A stretch of 64,000 bases of DNA from Pseudomonadota bacterium (lineage in GTDB: Bacteria > Bdellovibrionota_F > JAHFAK01 > JBDREC01), in the NCBI GenBank assembly GCA_043820105.1, contig JBDREC010000090.1:62001-126000 (forward strand), written 5' to 3'. Below the pieces are notes generated by a model. It searched no databases. It was not told the DNA's origin and saw only the letters and a program-made list of their open reading frames with translations. Below are positions 51,039 through 60,186 of the stretch, piece after piece. Both the position numbers and the translations under genes were made by a program. The first letter of the stretch is position 1, and each line of letters opens with the position of its first letter.

Positions 51039-51941
51039 ATGTTAGAAATTGAAATTGCTGGTATAAAGTTTAAGAATCCTATTATGCCAGCCTCTGGTAC
51101 TTTTGGTTATGGTACAGAATTAAAAAATCTGGTTGATATTTCAAAGCTTGGGGCTGTTGTTACAAAGGGAATATCTCTTGTGGAAAAGCCTGGCAATCCT
51201 GGCCCAAGAATATTTGAAACGTCATCTGGTATGCTTAATTCAATTGGACTACAGAATATAGGTTTTGAAAGATTTGTTAATTTTACTCTTCCTAAACTAA
51301 AAAATGCTGATACAAACATTATTGTAAATTTTTTCGGGGATAATGAAGCTGAATATTTTGAACTCAGTGAAAAATTATCTGCTTATGAGCAAATAGCAGC
51401 CCTAGAAGCTAACATTTCTTGCCCAAATATTCAAAAAGGTGGAATTCATTTAGGTAAAAAACCAAAATCTGTTGAAAGCTTAGTTAGAAACATTGTAAAA
51501 AGATCTAAAAAACCAGTTTTTGTTAAAATTACTCCAGATGTTACAAGTATCGCTGAAATAGCTTTAGCTTGCGAACAAGGTGGAGCTTCAGCGATTGTAT
51601 GTGCAAATACATTATCTGGCACAGCAATAGATATTGAAAAAAGGCAGTTTTATTTTAAAAACAAATTTGCAGGTTTATCAGGACCAGCAATCAAGCCTAT
51701 TGCCTTGAAAAATGTTTATCTTGTATCAAAGAGTGTTAAAATTCCTGTTATTGGAGTAGGGGGAATCAGAGATTACAAGGATGTTATTGAATTTTTGCTT
51801 GTAGGAGCAAGTGCTTGTCAGATTGGAACAGAGAATTTAACAAATCCTCAATGTATGCCTGAAATAATTTCTAACTTGAATAATTATTTAGAAAACAATA
51901 AAATTAATTCTTTAAATCGATTAATTGGGAAGATTCAATGA
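51039..51941 (+). CDS. pyrD: Dihydroorotate dehydrogenase class 1B catalytic subunit
   Basis: ASGTFGYG, GMLNSIGLQN, NISCPN, GLSGPAIKP, GVGGI. Confidence 0.95.
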   Translation: MLEIEIAGIKFKNPIMPASGTFGYGTELKNLVDISKLGAVVTKGISLVEKPGNPGPRIFETSSGMLNSIGLQNIGFERFVNFTLPKLKNADTNIIVNFFGDNEAEYFELSEKLSAYEQIAALEANISCPNIQKGGIHLGKKPKSVESLVRNIVKRSKKPVFVKITPDVTSIAEIALACEQGGASAIVCANTLSGTAIDIEKRQFYFKNKFAGLSGPAIKPIALKNVYLVSKSVKIPVIGVGGIRDYKDVIEFLLVGASACQIGTENLTNPQCMPEIISNLNNYLENNKINSLNRLIGKIQ

Positions 51942-54823
51942 TCATACCAAAAATAAGAGAAGAGATTAAAATATCATCTCCAGAAAAAGATATTTATATT
52001 ATTAATAACCCTGAAAATAACGCTTATATTGAACTTGATGATGAAAAATATTTTATTTTTTCGCAGATTGATGGAAAAATTGATTCCAACCAAATCGCAG
52101 CAGGCTTTTTACTTAAATATGAAAAATTAGGGCATGAGCTTATTGCCCATCTTCTAACTGACCTAGAGTCTGGTGATTTCTTAATCAGTAAAATGAATAT
52201 TGATATAAAAGAAATTAAACATGAATCAGCACAGCTTTTGAAATTTAGAAAACTACTTAATTATTTCACAAAAATAACATGTGAAAAATCTTTTCCAAAG
52301 ATTTTGGGTATTATTAATAAAATACCTTTAAAATGTTTATATAAGCCTTATTCATATGTGGTTTTATTTATAATTGGACTTGTTGGATTTTCTTTTTTAT
52401 TAAAAGGAATTGATAAAAATAGTCTACACTTTTTTAGTATTGGAAAATCCTATCCAATGGGTTTTTTAGTGTTTGTACTGGTCGCCTTTTGTTCTATTAA
52501 TTTATATTTTTTCTCACAAATTCTATTTCTTCAAGCATATAAGCGCAAAATAATTAATCCACATATTAAGTTTTTCTTTTTGCTTCCCTTTTTTGCATCA
52601 TTTGGTAAAGATATTATAATGGAAAAAAGGTATGTAAGGATTATGTATCATCTCTCAGGAGCTTATCTTCTAACAATTATCGGAGGTTTGTTTTCAATTT
52701 TTCTTTTTGTTAATCAGCTGACAAGTTGTTTTTATCCTAGTTCTAATGTTATTTTAAATGATATAATATTTAAATTTGTTTATACTCCTTTTCTTGTCAT
52801 TCTATTTTTCTATTTCCCAGGTTTTAATTCAGACGCAAACAGGATATTAAAACAAGTTTATAAAATAAAAGGTGATTTAAAATCTATCTTTGAAGATGCT
52901 TTTGGATTTATTAATATTAAAAGATTCTTTAAAAAAGCCTCAGATAGTGAAAATTACATATTAAGCTTACTGGCTGCTTTTTTACTTTGGCTAACAATTG
53001 TCATTAAATTTTCTTCTTATATAATGAATAAAGAAGCTGTGATTGCTTTTAAAGATTTAATAACAGCTTCAACAATTCTGAATCAAGCTGTTTTATTCAT
53101 AATCCTAGTTTTTATTTTATTTCCTATTTTATTTGTTTTTGCCATCTCTTTTTATTATGTTTATTCCATCTTTCTTTTTCAAGCCGTTAGAAGAGTTTTC
53201 TGGGAAACAATTTTTATTCTTCATTTGCTTGTGTTTTATTTTATTATACCAGCTCAATTTCATATTTATTTAAATGCGAGTTTTTTAATATTTACTTTTA
53301 TATGGTTATTTGTAAAAGAAGCCAGAAATGGATTGCAGTTTCTAAGAATGGGCACTAGTGGCAGGGAATTTTTATTAATAACGTTTTTATTTTATCTGCT
53401 TACATCATCATTTTATTATAAGCATCAGATTGACAAAGATTTTATCATGTTTTTTGATTCTTATTTGCAGTTTTTACTCTTGGTAATAATACCAATATCG
53501 TTTTACATGATTTTATCTACACTTAATGGAAAAATTAGAAACTTTTGGTTTAGATATTTACTCTCAATTATTTTTATTTGTGTGTTTTTGATAAACCCTG
53601 GTTTTAGTTTTGCAATCTGGATTTCAGCTATTTTAATATTCTTAGCTTTTTATAAGTCTTATTATTTGTTCGGTAATTTAGATGATTTTGTTAGAAATAT
53701 TGATGTTACATTATCAACTGAAAAACATGAAGAAATTTTTAATGAGGTAAGAACTATAGAAGTATTTTTTAGTCGCTTAAAAATTGCCTCTGAGCATATT
53801 TTTTCAAAAAGGCTGGTAAATCCTCTTACAAAAATATTAAAAGGTAAATACAGAAGTAGGGATGATTTATATAATGAGATATTAACTTTCTACGTAAAAA
53901 GGATTGGATGTATAAATTTAGAGTTTTTATTTTTAAGAGTAGCTGAAGAATTTAGTGAAGTTGAAAGAATATATATTCAAAACTATTTTAATCAAGTTTC
54001 ATATTCAAAAACTAACACCCTTGTTATAAGTGAGTTTAATTCTATTGATAGCATTAAAAATAATTTGCTGGAAATCCCTTTATTTAAAATATTAAATTCT
54101 GATGAAGTAAGTATTGTTATCAAATACTTAAAAAGGGAAAAATATAAAAAGTCTTCTTATATAATTCGACAAGGTGCTATTGGCGATAAGTTTTATATTA
54201 TACGTTCAGGTTCAGTAAAAGTTGTTAGTACAGATGACTTTGGCTTAATATATAAACTCGCGGTTTTAAAAGAAAGTGATTGCTTTGGTGAAATAGCTCT
54301 TATAGAAGAAAAACCCAGGACAGCTAGTGTAATATCAAATGAAGATGCAGAACTTTATACACTTAGTAAAAAAAGCTTTTTAAATTATATTGTATCTCAT
54401 GAAGATCTGGGTATAAGAATTACTGATCTAATTAGGTCTAGTCAAATATTATCAAAAGCCAAATTATTTGAGAAACTCAACTCATCACAAATATTTACCT
54501 TGGCTTCAAATTCAAAAATCAAAGAGGTTAAGGAAGATGACATTATTGTCCATGAAGGCGAAGATGGTAATGAATTCTATTTTATTGTGGAAGGAGAATT
54601 CTCTGTAAGTAAAAAAGAAGATACAGAAGAAAAAAACATTACTACATTAAAGCCTGGCGAATATTTTGGAGAACTGGCCTTAATTATGTCAGAACCAAGG
54701 AACGCCACAGTAAAAGCAACGGGTTTTGGCAAAGTCATTTCAATTGATAAAAGTGGTTTTTTAGAGGTTTTTCAAAATAACGAAACTGTTAAAGCCATTT
54801 TTCAAATAGCTAAGAGGGTGTAA
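51938..54823 (+). CDS. Polytopic membrane protein: PqqD/RRE-like N-terminus, degenerate M50-like region, two cNMP-binding domains
   Basis: N-terminal IFSQIDGK..QI..LL..L...FL; many TM helices; IIRQG..GDKFYII.SG, FGEIAL..PRTA and FGELAL..PRNATV. Confidence 0.8.
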   Translation: MIIPKIREEIKISSPEKDIYIINNPENNAYIELDDEKYFIFSQIDGKIDSNQIAAGFLLKYEKLGHELIAHLLTDLESGDFLISKMNIDIKEIKHESAQLLKFRKLLNYFTKITCEKSFPKILGIINKIPLKCLYKPYSYVVLFIIGLVGFSFLLKGIDKNSLHFFSIGKSYPMGFLVFVLVAFCSINLYFFSQILFLQAYKRKIINPHIKFFFLLPFFASFGKDIIMEKRYVRIMYHLSGAYLLTIIGGLFSIFLFVNQLTSCFYPSSNVILNDIIFKFVYTPFLVILFFYFPGFNSDANRILKQVYKIKGDLKSIFEDAFGFINIKRFFKKASDSENYILSLLAAFLLWLTIVIKFSSYIMNKEAVIAFKDLITASTILNQAVLFIILVFILFPILFVFAISFYYVYSIFLFQAVRRVFWETIFILHLLVFYFIIPAQFHIYLNASFLIFTFIWLFVKEARNGLQFLRMGTSGREFLLITFLFYLLTSSFYYKHQIDKDFIMFFDSYLQFLLLVIIPISFYMILSTLNGKIRNFWFRYLLSIIFICVFLINPGFSFAIWISAILIFLAFYKSYYLFGNLDDFVRNIDVTLSTEKHEEIFNEVRTIEVFFSRLKIASEHIFSKRLVNPLTKILKGKYRSRDDLYNEILTFYVKRIGCINLEFLFLRVAEEFSEVERIYIQNYFNQVSYSKTNTLVISEFNSIDSIKNNLLEIPLFKILNSDEVSIVIKYLKREKYKKSSYIIRQGAIGDKFYIIRSGSVKVVSTDDFGLIYKLAVLKESDCFGEIALIEEKPRTASVISNEDAELYTLSKKSFLNYIVSHEDLGIRITDLIRSSQILSKAKLFEKLNSSQIFTLASNSKIKEVKEDDIIVHEGEDGNEFYFIVEGEFSVSKKEDTEEKNITTLKPGEYFGELALIMSEPRNATVKATGFGKVISIDKSGFLEVFQNNETVKAIFQIAKRV

Positions 54824-54824
54824 A

Positions 54825-55214
54825 ATGATTGGGAAAATGATTTCAATGATAATCCCCTTAGTAGTTGGCTTGTATCTAATGACAACAATGATGAAAACAG
54901 GATCTGAGACACTTGATGCTTCAAAGGGGATGGCATCAATGATGGTTGTTAAGTCAGAATTAAATCAAATTAAACAATTAATTGTATCTGATGCAATTAT
55001 GAAAGGTTCTCCAACTTTTCCAGATGATATTCCAGCATTTGTTAAAAACAATGGTCTTTTTGAAGATACAGGAAGAGATCCCGGTAAGGACTTGTGGGGC
55101 AATCCTTATGGCATCTTTGTTAATAAAGCAGATAAGTTTATCGTTATATTTTCCCGGGGTCCAGATGGGATTGATGAGACTGATGATGATATTGAGGTTG
55201 ATTATGATTATTAA
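54825..55214 (+). CDS. GspG/pseudopilin C-terminal-like small protein
   Basis: N-terminal hydrophobic helix; KDLWGNPY..IFSRGPDG..T.DDI resembles the T2SSG C-terminus; no G-F-T-L-x-E cleavage motif. Confidence 0.65.
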   Translation: MIGKMISMIIPLVVGLYLMTTMMKTGSETLDASKGMASMMVVKSELNQIKQLIVSDAIMKGSPTFPDDIPAFVKNNGLFEDTGRDPGKDLWGNPYGIFVNKADKFIVIFSRGPDGIDETDDDIEVDYDY

Positions 55215-55252
55215 GGGAACAAGAGCACAAGAGAACAAGGGAACAAGGGAAT
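55215..55252. repeat. Octamer GRGAACAA repeat between convergent stops
   Basis: gggaacaa gagcacaa gagaacaa gggaacaa gggaat. Confidence 0.75.
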
Positions 55253-55257
55253 GGGGC

Positions 55258-56736
55258 TTATTGGTCTAAGTAAGCTACTTTGGGTCTTTTATTAAAAATC
55301 TTTTCATATTCTTGGCAATAAGTGTCCTTGCCGCATAATAATAAGAAGGTTAGTGGCATTTTTTCTTTGGCTAGAGCAGACATTTTATTTGCTATGTTTT
55401 GAATGTCCCATTGTGAGTGTTGGTCTTGTCTTAATCTGCATATGTGATAAAGTTCTCTTGCATTAACCTTTAATAGACTTCTTTTTCTATGACTATTTGT
55501 GAGAATGTAAGGGGCAGCAAGTTTATTTGTTTTAAGAAGTTTATAATATAATGAATTTGTGTTTTCTATTGCATTCATAAACTCACCTTCCATACCGATT
55601 TCTTTTATAGACTCTGGTAAGGTGATTCCAAGAGATGGATCGTATTCTTGTGAGCTAATGGTCATCATTCTGTGACGTTTAAGTTGACCAAAAGCAGCAG
55701 AAGATATGTCAACCTCAAAAGTTAGGGAAACATATTCAAATTCCCTTAAGACTGAATCATAAAACTCCATTTTGCTAAATGCAGTCTTGAAAAACTCTAA
55801 TTTTGTTTCAGCAGTCATTGCTTGTGCTATTTTTATTGCTTTACTATAAGAGCATTTGCTTGTTTTATGTAGAAGGCTGGCTAAAAGTTTATTGTCTCCA
55901 TTTGCATCAAAGTCCACAAGTCTTACAGTATTATCATGAGTCGTCAATGTAAGTTCTGTTTCTTTCGTAAGCTTGCTAAGGTCATTATATGTAAAACTAT
56001 CAAAGTCATTTGCCTCTGTAAAAAGAATGATTGATGGTGCAACATCTTTTGCAAGTTTATAAATTTCCTGGCCAAGTTCTTGTACTTCTTTTAATGGCGA
56101 GGATGCAAACCTTCTGAATAGATATTCTAGGCTTCTTGCATTTATTGTCATGCCTAGTTGACCATAGCTAGCAAGTGAGGAAATGTATCTTGCGTCTTCC
56201 TTTGCCCAGCCTTCAAGGGTTCTGTGATTCTTTTTATCTTTTGCAAGGTCTTCATGTTTTGCAAAAACCAGGTTCAATAGTTTTTCGTACATTTTATGAT
56301 ATAGAGCATTTTGATTTCTTATCTCATTAATAAATATGTTTTCAAATTCGCTTTCTTTAATTTCATTTGGGATAATAAAATCATCTTCTAATTTTTGATA
56401 TCTTTGTGATTTTTCAGTGTAAGAACATAAGCGAAACTTTTCAATTTCTTCAATTATATATCTTGAAACATCTATAATATCTAAGTTGAAAACAGCGTGT
56501 TCAGCTACAGAGTGGTGACCCATGTTGAAGATAATATTTTTATTGGATTTTCTTGCTTTTTCAACTTCATTTCTAGCAATTTGTCTAAGTTCATTTATTG
56601 GACGTGGATCTCTACTGATTCTTGCATATGATGCAGATAATGTTTCTGGAGTTATATCCTTTCTTTCTGGACTTTGTGATTTGAAATCTTCAATAATATC
56701 TGCATCAATGTTGTATCCAGCTAAGTAAATTTGCAT
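55258..56736 (-). CDS. thyX: FAD-dependent thymidylate synthase with tandem ThyX domains
   Basis: GHHSVAEH, SYTEKSQRY, EDARY, NARSL; second domain REFE, QLKRHR, NARELYH..RLR..HSQWDI. Confidence 0.88.
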   Translation of the reverse strand: MQIYLAGYNIDADIIEDFKSQSPERKDITPETLSASYARISRDPRPINELRQIARNEVEKARKSNKNIIFNMGHHSVAEHAVFNLDIIDVSRYIIEEIEKFRLCSYTEKSQRYQKLEDDFIIPNEIKESEFENIFINEIRNQNALYHKMYEKLLNLVFAKHEDLAKDKKNHRTLEGWAKEDARYISSLASYGQLGMTINARSLEYLFRRFASSPLKEVQELGQEIYKLAKDVAPSIILFTEANDFDSFTYNDLSKLTKETELTLTTHDNTVRLVDFDANGDNKLLASLLHKTSKCSYSKAIKIAQAMTAETKLEFFKTAFSKMEFYDSVLREFEYVSLTFEVDISSAAFGQLKRHRMMTISSQEYDPSLGITLPESIKEIGMEGEFMNAIENTNSLYYKLLKTNKLAAPYILTNSHRKRSLLKVNARELYHICRLRQDQHSQWDIQNIANKMSALAKEKMPLTFLLLCGKDTYCQEYEKIFNKRPKVAYLDQ

Positions 56737-56749
56737 TTTATCTCCTCAA

Positions 56750-57262
56750 TTAATAACTCATGATCGAATACACATTATCATCTTTTAATTTTTCTTTACC
56801 CTTTAAAAAAGCCAGTTCAATAACAAAAGCACACTCATGCACCTTTCCACCTGCTTTTTTAATCAACTTTGCACAGGCTTCTGCTGTTCCGCCTGTAGCG
56901 AGTAAATCATCTATGATTAGGACATTATCGCCCTCGTTTATGGCGTCTACGTGCATTTCAACTGTGTCTGTTCCATATTCCAGTTCATATGTTTGGCTAA
57001 TTGTTTTATAAGGCAATTTGCCTGGCTTTCTGATTGGAATAAATCCAAGCCCCAGTCGCAGTGCAAGCGCTGCTCCAAAAATAAATCCTCTAGCCTCAAT
57101 TCCTGCAATATAAGATATCGCTTGATCCTTATATCTTTTTTCAAAAATATTTATAGTCTCGTTAAAGGCCTCAGGACTTTTAAGAATAGGGCTAATATCC
57201 TTAAAAACTATCCCTGCTTTTGGAAAGTCTTGTATGTCTCTAATGTAATTTTTAATATCCAC
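56750..57262 (-). CDS. apt: Adenine phosphoribosyltransferase
   Basis: DFPK.GI.FKDI, GIEARGF, RKPGKLP, LEYG, DDLLATGGT. Confidence 0.97.
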   Translation of the reverse strand: MDIKNYIRDIQDFPKAGIVFKDISPILKSPEAFNETINIFEKRYKDQAISYIAGIEARGFIFGAALALRLGLGFIPIRKPGKLPYKTISQTYELEYGTDTVEMHVDAINEGDNVLIIDDLLATGGTAEACAKLIKKAGGKVHECAFVIELAFLKGKEKLKDDNVYSIMSY

Positions 57263-57312
57263 TACCGTGCTCCACTAAAATCATAAGCTGTAAAAAGAAA
57301 AAGATAAATATT

Positions 57313-57345
57313 ACTTACCACTTACCACTTACAACTTACTACTTA
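57313..57345. repeat. Heptamer ACTTACN tandem repeat
   Basis: acttaccacttaccacttacaacttactactta. Confidence 0.75.
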
Positions 57346-57349
57346 TTTA

Positions 57350-58198
57350 TTATCTATGTATTATATTCTTCAAAATAAAAAATAAATTCTCTTTTCTTTC
57401 TCTTATTCTTCTATAAAAATATGGAAACCAGTGAGTTCCAAAGGGAACATAGATTCTAGTATTGTATCCTTCTTCTGCAAGTTTTTCGAGCATTTTGTTT
57501 TTAATTCCATAAAGAACCTGGAATTCAACCAGATCTCTGTCTATGCCATTGCTTAAAACTTCATTTTTAATTTCCTCAATTAGCTGGTTATCGTGAGTTG
57601 CAACAGCTGTGTGAATATTGTTTTTTAATAAAGTATTAAGTGCTTTTTTGAAACTATCTTTTATTTCAGGCATTTTTAGATAAGCTACGGTTGAAGGTTC
57701 TTTGTAAGCTCCTTTACAAATTCTTACACCACCGTTTAAGGCTGAAATATCGTTTATATCATTTTCAGTTCTTTTTAGCATTGATTGAATAACTATTCCA
57801 ACATTGTCATATTCTTTTCTGAGGCGATAGAATATGCTCAAGGTCCGAGAGGTATAATCAGAGCCTTCCATATCAATTCTAACAAAATTATTCATACTTG
57901 CAGCCAAATCAACAATTTTTTTTACATTTTCATAACAAAATTCATCATCAATATCCAGGCCCATTTGGGTGAGTTTTAAAGAGACATTGCTATTAACACA
58001 GCTTTGTTCAATGTTTCGGAGAAGTTCAAGATAGGATTCGCAAGCTTTTTCGGCTTCTTGTCTTGAAGAAACATTTTCTCCTAAAATATCAAGAGTAGCT
58101 GAAATACCTTTTTCATTAATCTTTTTTACAGCTGAAATTGCTGTTGTAATATTTTCACCGGCTACAAATCTTTTCGCGAAAACAGTTAATACAGACAT
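57350..58198 (-). CDS. Monofunctional proline dehydrogenase
   Basis: RFVAGE, LDILGE, SLKLTQ.GL, RIDME, R.CKGAY.E, ATHD, EFQ.LYG, YVPFG..W.PY..RR..ER. Confidence 0.93.
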   Translation of the reverse strand: MSVLTVFAKRFVAGENITTAISAVKKINEKGISATLDILGENVSSRQEAEKACESYLELLRNIEQSCVNSNVSLKLTQMGLDIDDEFCYENVKKIVDLAASMNNFVRIDMEGSDYTSRTLSIFYRLRKEYDNVGIVIQSMLKRTENDINDISALNGGVRICKGAYKEPSTVAYLKMPEIKDSFKKALNTLLKNNIHTAVATHDNQLIEEIKNEVLSNGIDRDLVEFQVLYGIKNKMLEKLAEEGYNTRIYVPFGTHWFPYFYRRIRERKENLFFILKNIIHR

Positions 58199-58338
58199 AA
58201 AATCACCCTTTCTATTTAAGTAAAATAATTACCAAAGCAAATTGCAATTTTTTATATCATATTAAAATGACATTGACATGTAGGTAAAATTTTTTATTTA
58301 TATTTGTCAAATATTATTTATGTAAGTAGTAAAGAAAA

Positions 58339-59133
58339 ATGAATAAAATAAAAATAATAATTGTATTTTTGCTGTCTTATGCCTTTATAAATGCGTTTTT
58401 ATTGGCTAATGATCTCAGCCCCAATAAGGCCGCTGAAAGTTTTTTTAAAGCAAATCAAGCTTATCAGGACGGTGATTTTGAATTAGCTAAGTCGCTATAT
58501 GAGGAGTTGAGTAATCAAGGTTTGCAAAATGAGGTAATACTATATAACCTAGGTAATTGTAATTATAAAATTGGTGATATTGGCAAAGCCATAGCCTTTT
58601 ATAATGCATCTAAATTTATTGATCCAAGAAATAGTGATAATAAAGAAAATCTAAGATATGCTATATCATTAACAAAGGATAAAGTTGAAAGATCTTATAA
58701 AGATGATATTTACTCATCAATATTCTTTTTTTATCATGTTTTTTCGAAAAATGAGCTTTTGTATATTTTTATATCTCTAAATCTTATTTTTTGGATTCTA
58801 TTCATTTTGCGTTTGAAAAAAGGTCTTACAATTTTTACATCTAAAACCATACTTGTAATTATATTTATGCTAGCAGCAATTTTCTTAACTTCATATTTCA
58901 TAAAAATGAACCATTTTAAATTATTTGATCGAGCTTACATTATAGCAAAAAGCGCGAATATTTATTCTGCTAATTCAAAGAACTCGACTTTGTTGTTCAG
59001 GCTTCATGAGGGCAGTGAAATTAAGGTTAAATCAGAAGATCAAAACGGATTTATAAAAATATACCTTGAGGAAAATAAGAAGGGTTGGATTGAGAGTCAG
59101 TCTGTTTTAAAATTAAGTGACATTTTTAATTAG
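58339..59133 (+). CDS. BatE-like TPR + TM + SH3 protein
   Basis: F.KAN.AY..G.F, YNLGN..YK.G..G.AI, P...D...NL; LHEG..I.V..GWI. Confidence 0.8.
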   Translation: MNKIKIIIVFLLSYAFINAFLLANDLSPNKAAESFFKANQAYQDGDFELAKSLYEELSNQGLQNEVILYNLGNCNYKIGDIGKAIAFYNASKFIDPRNSDNKENLRYAISLTKDKVERSYKDDIYSSIFFFYHVFSKNELLYIFISLNLIFWILFILRLKKGLTIFTSKTILVIIFMLAAIFLTSYFIKMNHFKLFDRAYIIAKSANIYSANSKNSTLLFRLHEGSEIKVKSEDQNGFIKIYLEENKKGWIESQSVLKLSDIFN

Positions 59134-59627
59134 GATTTTAATTCAATATCATCTCGATTTATTTTTAACTTAATATCTTTTTGAGCTATATTTAAAAGTA
59201 TGCAAACTCTATCACTGTCTTTAATGTCTTCATAAAAAATAGCCTCATAATCTTTGAAAGGACCTTCAGTAATTTTAACTCCCTGTCCTTTTTCATATGC
59301 TGGCTTACTTAGCTCAACATATCCATTTATCCCAATTCTGTTTTTGATATCTTCAATAATTTCATTATTAATTAATAAAGCTTTGTTTTTGGTTTTTACT
59401 ACATATGAAACTCCAAATGTGTATTTAATTTTATCAAGTGGGGTTATATCAGAAAACTGAACAAAGATATAACCTGGAAATAGTGGTTTTAGAGTTTCTT
59501 TAGCGTTTCCTTTGTATTTTAATTTCTTTAAATAAAGGGGTAAAAAAGTTTCCATGCTCTGATTTTCAAGATTAATTTTAGCACGCTTTTCTTGATTAGG
59601 TTTTGTTTTAATTAATATCCAATTCAT
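59130..59627 (-). CDS. rfaH: RfaH-like NusG paralogue (transcription antiterminator)
   Basis: W..I.TKP.QE.RA..NL..Q, PLFPGYIFV, GQ.V.I.EGPF, RV.ILL. Confidence 0.82.
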   Translation of the reverse strand: MNWILIKTKPNQEKRAKINLENQSMETFLPLYLKKLKYKGNAKETLKPLFPGYIFVQFSDITPLDKIKYTFGVSYVVKTKNKALLINNEIIEDIKNRIGINGYVELSKPAYEKGQGVKITEGPFKDYEAIFYEDIKDSDRVCILLNIAQKDIKLKINRDDIELKS

Positions 59628-59640
59628 AATTTTTTATGAA

Positions 59641-59725
59641 ACGTACAGCGTACAGCGTACAGCGTACGGCGAAAAAAATAAGGTTAACATTAAAATATAA
59701 ATACGCCATACGCTGTACGCCGTAC
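59641..59725. repeat. Heptamer CGTACAG array plus inverted copy just 3' of rnpB
   Basis: cgtacagcgtacagcgtacagcgtacggcg ... tacgccatacgctgtacgccgtac. Confidence 0.8.
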
Positions 59726-59734
59726 TTTTTTTAT

Positions 59735-60059
59735 AAAGTGGAGCTGTAAGCCGGATTCTGTAACTACATTTATGTAGTTGATGGTCATCTATCTATGCAG
59801 CCTACCTGAGAAAAAACGAGCAGCTTATAATCTCAACTTGGCCTTGCTCCAGATGGGGTTTACCGCACCGTATCTTGCGATACTGTCGTGGGTGAGCTCT
59901 TACCTCACCTTTTCACCCTTACTCTGCAAGCAGAGCGGTATATTTTCTGTGGCACTTTCCAAAGATCACTCTTTCTGGTTTAATCCAGCATCTTGCTCTT
60001 TAGAGTCCGGACTTTCCTCATATAACATAAATGCTATATGCGACCATCTGCTCCACTTT
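59735..60059 (-). ncRNA. rnpB: RNase P RNA (type A, P18 apparently absent)
   Basis: Reverse strand reads GAGGAAAGTCCGG, AGTGCCACAGAAAA, GGTAAACCCC, GAGCAAGGCC, ACAGAATCCGGCTTA; P1 AAAGTGGAGC/GCTCCACTTT. Confidence 0.95.
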
Positions 60060-60186
60060 TAAAACGCTTCATTAGCAGCATTTATGGACTTTAGCAATGA
60101 AAAAATGAATTTTTTAAAAATTAGTCTATTCGATAAGAAAGAGTATCAAATATTATATGGTTTGAAGTTAATTGTTTTGCTATCGT

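Noticed and set aside
59778..60062. 94-aa minus-strand-listed ORF in the track (its peptide matches the + strand reading)
   Set aside because: Lies entirely within the RNase P RNA gene.
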